Positions 1 through 6,341 of a stretch of DNA of 6,341 nt are shown one piece after another. The notes below the pieces were generated by a model, which saw nothing but the letters and a program-made list of their open reading frames with translations, searched no databases and was not told the origin of the DNA. The stretch comes from Octopus sinensis (lineage: Eukaryota). The stretch is from the NCBI RefSeq assembly GCF_006345805.1, contig NW_021829375.1:1-6341 (forward strand), given 5' to 3'. Both the position numbers and the translations under genes were made by a program. Numbering within the stretch: the stretch's first letter is position 1; every line of letters begins with the position of its first letter.

Positions 1-121
1 GACCTCCACCACGACCACCACCTCTACCACGACCACCACGACCACCATCACCACCACCACGACCACCACCACAACCACCACCACGACCACCATACCCACG
101 ACGACGACGACGACGACGACC

Positions 122-169
<48 letters not shown>

Positions 170-172
170 AAC
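1..172. repeat. Compound trinucleotide microsatellite: CAC/GAC mix, then (GAC)7, (CAC)5, (CAA)11
   Basis: Read directly: (GAC)7 at 100-120, (CAC)5 at 121-135, (CAA)11 at 136-168. Runs off the left edge of the window. Confidence 0.95.
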
Positions 173-290
173 ATGGTCAAGAATCTTACTACGCCACTTC
201 GAACACGTCAGCATCTTGAAAAAAAAAAGTTGTCTTAACTTTATCCCACGCTGCAACGGAAAGGACTCTGCTTCGCTATCGAAGTCGTAA

Positions 291-410
291 CGAAAAAAAA
301 AAAACGAAACCCCACCCCCCCAAAAAAAGGAAAAAGAAAAGATTGAAAGAAAGAGAAGTGCAAAAAATGACAATAAATAAAGGAAGGAAGAAAGGAAGAA
401 TCTTTGAAAG
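291..410. repeat. A/purine-rich low-complexity tract
   Basis: Poly-A runs plus AAAG/GGAA units. Confidence 0.75.
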
Positions 411-434
411 TCTTTGGTAATATTTTTATGATGT

Positions 435-815
435 GGAGGCGCAATGGCCCAGTGGTTTGGGCAGCGGACTCGCGGTCGTAGGATCGCGGTTTCGATTCCC
501 AGACCGGGCGTTGTGAGTGTTTATTGAGCGAAAACACCTAAAAAAGCTCCATGAGGCTCCGGCAGGGGATGGTGGTGATCCCTGCTGTACTCTTTCACCA
601 CAACTTTCTCTCACTCTTACTTCCTGTTTCTGTTGTGCCTGTATTTCAAAGGGCCGGCCTTGTCACTCTCTGTGTCACGCTGAATATCCCCGAGAGCTAC
701 GTTAGGGGTGCACGTGTCTGTGGAGTGCTCAGCCACTTACACGTTAATTTCACGAGCAGGCTGTTCCGTTGATTCGGATCAATCGGAACCCTCGTCGTCG
801 TAACCGACGGAGTGC
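435..815 (+). mobile_element. tRNA-derived SINE, near full length (family 1)
   Basis: A-box TGGCCCAGTGG at 445-455 and B-box-like GGTTTCGATTCC at 488-499, with tRNA-like spacing. Non-coding body, two hairpins at the 3' end (763-812). Resembles an abundant octopus SINE from memory. No clear target-site duplication. Confidence 0.85.
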
Positions 816-870
816 TTCCATCCAATAGGATGGGTTTAGATCTCCCCCCCACCGAACAGAACAAGATTGA

Positions 871-921
871 ATTTGATCTGACTAGTTTCTATCTTTATAT
901 AGTCTTCGTCAGAGAACAAAT
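871..921 (-). ncRNA. Minimal type I hammerhead ribozyme motif (Penelope-like-element type), stem II degenerate
   Basis: Minus strand reads ATTTGTTCT-CTGACGA-AGACTATATAAAGATA-GAAA-CTAG-TC-AGATCAAAT. Core CUGACGA at 912-906, GAAA at 889-886, GUC triplet at 882-880. Stem I pairs 8 of 9 positions. Stem III is the palindrome ACUAGU. Confidence 0.75.
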
Positions 922-961
922 AAAATACCCATCGTTTGTTCGCAAACAGATACTTTTTTTT

Positions 962-1085
962 TACTCTTTTTACTCTTTTACTTGTGTCAGTCATTTGACT
1001 GTGGCCATGCTGGAACACCGCCTTTAGTCGAGCAAATCGACCCCAGGACTTATTCTTTTAGTAAGCCTAGTACTTATTCTATCGG
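962..1085 (-). mobile_element. SINE family 2, 3' terminal fragment including the GAGTAAAA-type tail
   Basis: Reverse complement aligns to 1378-1494 with about 11 mismatches and one 2-nt indel by manual count. Tail reads AGTAAAAGAGTAAAAAGAGTA. Confidence 0.9.
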
Positions 1086-1203
1086 AAACTGAAAGAAGCC
1101 TGTCGTATATATGTATAAATATATATATGTTGTGTGTGTATGTGTTTGTGTGTCTGTCTTTGTCCCACCCCCACCAACATCGCTTGACAACCGATGCTGA
1201 TGT
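1083..1203 (+). mobile_element. SINE family 2, internal fragment
   Basis: CGGAAACTGAAAGAAGCC...(TA)/(TG)...CCAACATCGCTTGACAACCGATG is shared with 1241-1337, and partly with 2876-2962 (-) and 6301-6341. Confidence 0.9.
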
Positions 1204-1494
1204 TGGGCCACCCAAAGCCTTGTGAGTGGATATGGTAGACGAAACTGAAAGAAGCCCGTCGTATATATGTATATGTATATATATATGTGTGGTTGTGTGC
1301 CTGTGTTTGTCCCCCCAACATCGCTTGACAACCGATGTGGTGTGTTTACGTCCCCGTAACTTAGCGGCTCGGCAAAAGATAGAATTAGTACTAGGCTTAC
1401 AAAGAATAAGTCTTGGGGTCGATTTTCTCGACTGAAGGCGGTGCTCCAACATGGCTGCATTCAAATGACTGAAACAAGTATAAGAGTAAAAGTA
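1204..1494 (+). mobile_element. SINE family 2, 5'-truncated copy with complete 3' tail
   Basis: GGGCCACCCAAAGCCTTGTGAGTGGA matches 6266-6290 of the tRNA-headed copy. It continues through the internal TA/TG tract to the GAGTAAAAGTA tail. Confidence 0.9.
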
Positions 1495-1538
1495 TATATG
1501 TGTACGTGTGTGTGTGTGTGTGTGGTGTGTGTGTGTGT
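1495..1538. repeat. (GT)n microsatellite
   Basis: Read directly; adjoins the SINE tail. Confidence 0.95.
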
Positions 1539-1957
1539 AAAATATACATCCAACGTAACTCTTGATTTATGACAATTTAGCTGGCTGTTGCTGTTATTTC
1601 TAGCATATCGACACTGATCACGCGGTAGTCATAGCAATAGTTGTAGCGGTAATAATTGTAGCAATGGTTGTGGTGCCGTGTGTGATGTCGGTAGGGGTGG
1701 TCGTGGATGTAGCGTAAGATTGGAGGAAAAAAATAATCTGCTGCTCAGTGATCCAAAAAAGAATGTCCAGAGATTTCGTGAAGATGGTGGAAAGCCTAGG
1801 AAGCTTCTCTTTCTCAAGTTGTTTGTTTATGACACTAACGATAGATGCCAGATCGAATACAACCTCAAGTAGCTATCGATTGGAAACGTGTATCTCGTCA
1901 AGAGTTGCGCCCTCTCACAAGCAGAAGGTCAACAACTCGCCCGAATGGATTGGAAAG

Positions 1958-2070
1958 TGAGAGAGAGAGATGGAGAGAGAGAGAGAAAGGGAGAGAGAGA
2001 GGGGGAGGGGTAGAGAAGGAGGGAAAGAGCGGGTGGGCGGGGTGGATATGGAAGGAGATGGAAGATGAAG
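1958..2070. repeat. (GA)n / polypurine tract with G-runs
   Basis: GAGAGA runs at 1958-2000, then GGG tracts at 2001-2042. Confidence 0.9.
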
Positions 2071-2140
2071 GGTGTGAGAAATTAAGAAGGTCTATAAACG
2101 AAGTCATTGGTTGGTTAACAGACCAATAAACAACAAAAAA

Positions 2141-2806
2141 TGCCAACAGCCACCACCACCACCACCACCACCACCACCACCACCACCACCACCACCACCA
2201 CCACACCACCACCACCATCATCACTGCCACCGCCAGCAACATCACCACCGCCAGCAACATCACCACCGCCGCCACAACCTCCACCATCACCACCACCATC
2301 ACTACCGCCACCACCACCGCCGCCACCGCCAGCAACATCACCACTGCCCCGCCACTACCTCCACCATCACGACCATCGCGACCACTAATACCACCACCAT
2401 CTATATCACCACCAACACCACCAGCACCACTACCAAGATCACCATCGCGAATATCATCACCACCATTGCCGCCGCCGCCACACCACTACCAACATCTCGA
2501 CCATCCCGACCATCACGACGACCACCACCACCATCATCCCCATCTCCCACCACCACCACCACCACCATAAACATCACCTCCGTCATCAACACCAAAACAC
2601 CTATACACTACTATAAGCTGTTATATCAGCAACACCATCGATGACGTCACCACCACCACCACCATATTGCCGCTGGCAACCCAATACCACAACAACCACC
2701 TTCACCACCATCACCACCACAAGAGCAACAACAGCAAAAAGCAAAACAACAACCACATCATCATCATCACCACCACCACCACCACCACCACCACCACCAT
2801 CAACCA
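2141..2806. repeat. Cryptic (CAC)n-rich trinucleotide region, including (CAC)18 at 2151-2204
   Basis: CAC/CAT/CGC/AAC variants throughout. This explains the poly-Pro/His/Thr/Val ORFs in the track. Confidence 0.92.
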
Positions 2807-2875
2807 TTTTCCAAGTTTAGGAACCTTTCCAAGTTGTTGAAGATGACGATGAACAGTTGTATGGTTTGAACTTCT

Positions 2876-3070
2876 GACAAATACAGACACATAAACATAT
2901 AAACACACACACATATATATACATATATATACATATATACGACGGGCTTCTTTCAGTTTCCGTCTACCAAATCCACTCATAAGGCTCAGGTCGGTCCGAA
3001 GCTCGAGTAGAAAGCACTTGCCCAAGGTTCCACGCAATGGGACAGAACCTGGAACCATGTAGTTGGGAAG
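2876..3070 (-). mobile_element. SINE family 2, truncated at both ends (B-box region, CORE-like segment and TA/TG tract)
   Basis: Reverse complement ATGGTTCCAGGTTCTGTCCCATTGCGTGGAACCTTGGGCAAGTG...GGATTTGGTAGACGGAAACTGAAAGAAGCCCGTCG aligns with 6206-6322. ACCTTGGGCAAGT resembles the start of the CORE domain of MIR-type SINEs. Confidence 0.9.
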
Positions 3071-3133
3071 AAACCGGCCCCAAAGGCGAGTACTTCCTTA
3101 AACTGACCGAAGAGTATGACAAATATTTTATAT

Positions 3134-3589
3134 TTAAGTTAAGTTAAATTTTTGGCTCAAAAAGCAAAAAGCAAGGCCATGTACAAGTTATGTACAGGGT
3201 GGTGTTCATGCAAAGAGTTCAGGCCATTTGTTGTCAAGGGAGACTTTGAACCGAGCAGTCGTCGGCAGCTTATTCCACAGACCCGCAACCCGGACGGAGA
3301 AAGCCCCTCTCCTTCGATTGAGATGAAATCGTCGCAGATAGAGCTTTTCGGAGTGACCCCGCAGCCGACGCTCTGGAGCAGGAGTGAAGAACAGCTCTTT
3401 CGAGAGGTTACACTTTCCGCTTATGATGTTGTGAGCAAGAATGAAATCACCACGGCGTCGTCGTTTTTCTTGAGAATAAAGGTCGAGCGTCTTCAGCCTT
3501 TCTTCATAAGACAAATGCTTGAGACTAAGAACCATGCGGGTAGCCAGCTTCTGGATTCTTTCGAGATGATGTATATCTTTGAGGAGATT
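3134..3589 (-). mobile_element. CR1-like non-LTR retrotransposon, 5'-truncated 3' end (ORF2 C-terminus, 3' UTR, short-repeat tail)
   Basis: LLKDIHHLERIQKLATRM, LSYEERLKTLDLYSQEKRRRRGDFI, RLRGHSEKL and FSVRVAGLWNKLP match the characteristic CR1 ORF2 C-terminal motifs. Stop codon at 3208-3206; tail AATTT-AACTT-AACTT at 3150-3136. Confidence 0.9.
3206..3589 (-). pseudogene. Remnant of LINE ORF2 (region downstream of the reverse-transcriptase domain), 127 codons plus stop
   Basis: Recognisable similarity starts near NLLKD at 3589. The upstream part of ORF 3206..3673 does not match the expected RPxLEY...WSP motif and is probably flanking DNA. Confidence 0.85.
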
Positions 3590-3796
3590 ATCAACACTTG
3601 ATGCATGAAAGGCAGAGTTAAGTACGGGGCTATTTAAATTCGGGACGTGAAAATTTCGGAAGAAATGCCACAAGCATGGCTTTCACCATCTAACGAATTA
3701 ACGAACGAGAACATCTGAAATACTATTGTTCTAATGCCAAATGTCTTTTCCTCACCACATAATTCTTTTCAGTTACTATTTTTAATGTTCCCTACA

Positions 3797-3838
3797 TTAG
3801 ATTTCTTACAATATTTAGATTTCTGGCAATATTTAGAT
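3797..3838. repeat. 18-bp tandem repeat, about 2.3 copies
   Basis: TTAGATTTCTTACAATAT / TTAGATTTCTGGCAATAT / TTAGAT; the two full units match at 16 of 18 positions. Confidence 0.8.
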
Positions 3839-3860
3839 CGATAGTTCATCGATCGATTGT

Positions 3861-3969
3861 TCATCATCATCATCATCGTCATCATGCTGTCATCGTTATC
3901 ATCATCACCATCGTAGTCATCGTCATCATCATCATCATCATCGTAGTCATCGTCAGCATCATCATAATT

Positions 3970-4035
<66 letters not shown>

Positions 4036-4114
4036 TTCCTCATTATCATCATCTTCATTACCATCATCTTCAACGTAGTCATCGTCGTCGTCATTATCAT
4101 CGTCGTCGTCATCA

Positions 4115-4145
<31 letters not shown>

Positions 4146-4158
4146 TATTATTATTATT
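3861..4158. repeat. Compound microsatellite: (ATC)n with (ATC)22 at 3970-4035, (CTC)8 at 4120-4143, (ATT)5 at 4144-4158
   Basis: Read directly. Confidence 0.95.
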
Positions 4159-4713
4159 GAGTGAGAGAGCAGTGCATGCCATCAAAGTGACACTGGGGTA
4201 AAATATACGAAGCCCAATATACCCATCATGACTACCCGTCTGATAAAGGTACACCAGGCACATGCATCACAACCATATGTGCGCGACATGGTGATCTCAT
4301 ATCAAGATAAACAGCACATGACCTTGCAGGTGGGGCCCAGTTAGAATTTTCTTCAGGTTGAGTAGCCCATCCCGCTCAAAAGGTCCCTGAATAAGGGTTG
4401 TTTAAGGATGTTGAAAGAACCACCCATGTTTCCAGAGGTGAATCATTCAAACCCCAAAGAATCCCTCTCAACACATGGCTATGATGCTCCCCCCACTACT
4501 TCTGCTCGTGATCAGAGATGCACATATCGTCAGCCACTAAGGGACATGCTCAACTGGTTAAGGTCAAACAACTGACAAGCAAATCTGTGGTATTGAGCAG
4601 AATATTTGCTGTAGCCCATCTTTTATACCAAGACAAAACAATGTACATGATAACACTTCCAATCAGTTAAGATCAGAAGCCATGAGAGCCACTGCCTGGT
4701 ACTGCATCAGGGC

Positions 4714-4717
<4 letters not shown>
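4159..4717. mobile_element. Probable non-coding interspersed element embedded in an (ATT)n array
   Basis: A 559-bp complex sequence with sharp boundaries and (ATT)n directly on both sides. No long internal ORF and no Pol III boxes seen. Resembles a recurrent octopus repeat from memory, not verified. Confidence 0.6.
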
Positions 4718-4752
<35 letters not shown>

Positions 4753-4856
4753 TACTATTATTATTACTATTATTATTACTATTACTATTATTACTATTAT
4801 TATTATTATTACTATTATTACTATTATTATTATTATTACTATTATTACTATTATTA

Positions 4857-4889
<33 letters not shown>

Positions 4890-5032
4890 CATCATCATTA
4901 TTATTATTATTATCATCATCATCACTATTATTATTATTATCATCATCATTATTATTATTATTATTATTATCATCATCATTATTATTATTATTATCATTAT
5001 CATTATTATTATTATTATCATCATCATTATTA

Positions 5033-5063
<31 letters not shown>

Positions 5064-5122
5064 TATTATCATTATTATTATTATTTTTATTATTTTTATT
5101 ATTATCATTATTATTATTATTA
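4718..5122. repeat. Interrupted (ATT)n array of about 400 bp
   Basis: ATT units with ACT, then ATC, then TTT interruptions. This explains the poly-Ile/Leu/Met ORFs. Confidence 0.97.
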
Positions 5123-5155
5123 TAATCGTCGTTATTTATTATTGTTTATTTGATA

Positions 5156-5226
5156 CTCCTTCTTTCCTTCATACTTTCTTCCCTTCTTTCTTTCCTTCTT
5201 TCTTTATTCGTTTCGTTCTTTCACAG
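5156..5226 (+). other. Polypyrimidine (CTTT-type) tract ending in CAG
   Basis: About 65 nt, nearly all C/T, with no AG until 5225-5226. Confidence 0.6.
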
Positions 5227-5288
5227 AGTGAAGCCAATCCGATTTTACAGTTGAAAAAGGTCAATATGTTTTCTAGCTGTTAGTCATT

Positions 5289-5384
5289 GTGAGTGTTTGT
5301 GTTTATATACTTGTGTATGTGTTTATGTGCGGTGTACGTGTGTACGCGTGTGTGCGCAGATGAGTGTGCATCTGTGTGTATGTG

Positions 5385-5424
<40 letters not shown>

Positions 5425-5755
5425 TATATATACGCACATACAGACTCGCGTAAACACTTGCACATGTTACACAGATAGTTACATAATACAACACACATGC
5501 TTATATGTATATACATACATGTGCGCATATATATAGGCATACATATACATACATATACACACATACATACAGCAAGACACAGAGATACACAAACGTGCAT
5601 ACGTATATATTCGTATATTACAGATAGATACAGATTTACGCTCATCTACATTCTTATATATATATATATATGTATAAGAATGCTAAATATTATACATACA
5701 CGCGTTCGCATGCACACACACACACAGATATGTACGTATATATACAATTATATAC
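5289..5755. repeat. Mixed alternating purine-pyrimidine dinucleotide region (GT / TA / AC), with (TA)15 at 5389-5418
   Basis: Read directly. Confidence 0.9.
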
Positions 5756-5810
5756 GGAGAAGAAAGAGATAGCTAAACAAATATATAGATGGATTCTGTT
5801 TTCTCTCAGC

Positions 5811-5850
5811 ATTCCTTTCTGAAAGAGCATAGGCTCGAAACGTCACAGAC
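5811..5850 (+). ncRNA. Degenerate minimal hammerhead-like motif, probable Penelope-like element remnant
   Basis: CTGA at 5819-5822, then AA, stem II GAGC-ATAG-GCTC at 5825-5836, GAAA at 5837-5840 and CGTC. The NGA of the core is damaged and stem I is weak. Confidence 0.5.
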
Positions 5851-5971
5851 TTCTTCCATTTTTCCTGAGTGTCAAACTAATTCCCCTTGTTCGTAGTTCC
5901 CTCACCTGTGTATGTGTTTCGTTTTTTGAATAATTTTCAATGATAGGTAAATATTTAGACAGACAGACAGG

Positions 5972-6157
5972 TTGACAACTGGTGTTGTTGTGTCTACATC
6001 GCTGTAGCGGGTCGACATAAGCGGCCGATAGAAAAAGTACCATGCCTTGAAAATAAATAAGTATTGAGGTCGATACATTCGAGTAAAAGGTCTTCAAGGC
6101 GCTACCCCAGCATAGCCGTAGTCTAATGACTGAAACATGTTCAAGATAAAAGATAAA
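5972..6157 (+). mobile_element. Diverged 3' half of a SINE family 2 relative (older subfamily)
   Basis: TTGACAAC, CCGATAGAAAAAGTAC, AATAAGTATTGAGGTCGAT, CCAGCATAGCCGTAGTCTAATGACTGAAACA and a GATAAAA tail are collinear with 1326-1494 and the reverse complement of 962-1085, but with many substitutions. Confidence 0.8.
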
Positions 6158-6160
6158 TAG

Positions 6161-6341
6161 TGGCGCAGGAGTGGCTGTGTGGTAAGTAGCTTGCTAACAC
6201 ACACAATGGTTCCGGGTTCAGTCCCACTGCGTGCATCTTGGCCAGGTGTCTTCTACTATAGCCCCGGGCCGACCAATGCCTTGTGAGTGGATTTGGTAGA
6301 CGGAACTGAAAGAAGCCTGTCGTATATATGTATATATTATA
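6161..6341 (+). mobile_element. SINE family 2, 5' part with tRNA-derived head (runs off the window)
   Basis: A-box TGGCTGTGTGG at 6172-6182, B-box-like GGTTCAGTCCC at 6215-6225, then the CORE-like segment and the body shared with the other copies. Confidence 0.9.

Noticed and set aside
435-510. Possible true tRNA gene (also 6161-6235)
   Set aside because: A/B boxes are present, but no cloverleaf closes and both continue into SINE bodies.
818-833. CCATCC-AATA-GGATGG hairpin; also CTTCG-CTAT-CGAAG at 271-284
   Set aside because: 5-6 bp stems are expected by chance in 6 kb.
1086-1340. Direct repeats as a CRISPR-like array
   Set aside because: These are two diverged SINE fragments in eukaryotic DNA, with no repeat-spacer periodicity.
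241-1464. Several 60-146 aa ORFs
   Set aside because: They lie in SINE bodies or low-complexity tracts and have no recognisable domains.
1678-1960. Unique-looking island with overlapping 62-70 aa ORFs
   Set aside because: No recognisable motif or convincing acceptor/donor pair; a homology search would be needed.
2111-2807. Poly-Pro/His/Thr/Val/Gly ORFs resembling extensin, mucin or histidine-rich proteins
   Set aside because: CAC-type triplets are stop-free in nearly all frames on both strands; no unique domain or splice context.
3731-3772. Branch-point-like CTAAT, pyrimidine tract and TTTTCAG acceptor
   Set aside because: Downstream sequence is an AT-rich tandem repeat that reaches stops quickly, with no good donor; such signals are common by chance.
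4349-4535. CTGAAGA and CTGACGA on the minus strand of the 559-bp element as hammerhead cores
   Set aside because: No GAAA at a compatible distance and no stem I or stem III pairing. No HDV-like fold was found by eye either.
4663-5125. Poly-Ile/Leu/Met hydrophobic ORFs
   Set aside because: Direct translation of the (ATT)n/(ATC)n array.
5293-6097. YIYI/HTH-rich ORFs and the 84-aa minus-strand ORF
   Set aside because: Translations of dinucleotide repeats or of the antisense strand of a diverged SINE.

Overview
This is repeat-saturated eukaryotic intronic or intergenic DNA with no supportable host gene. The SINE sequences resemble, from memory rather than a search, abundant octopus/cephalopod families. 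The window holds six fragments of one tRNA-headed, CORE-like SINE family, one near-complete SINE of a second family, the 3' end of a CR1-like LINE (ORF2 C-terminus open, minus strand), a 559-bp non-coding segment embedded in an (ATT)n array, and long simple repeats. Almost all ORFs in the track are by-products of these repeats. The best finding is a minimal type I hammerhead ribozyme motif on the minus strand at 871-921, with an intact core, 8/9-bp stem I and palindromic stem III but a damaged stem II. It matches the architecture known from Penelope-like retroelements. A second, more degenerate motif lies at 5811-5850 (+). A three-piece SINE composite at 962-1494 forms a ~115-bp inverted repeat.
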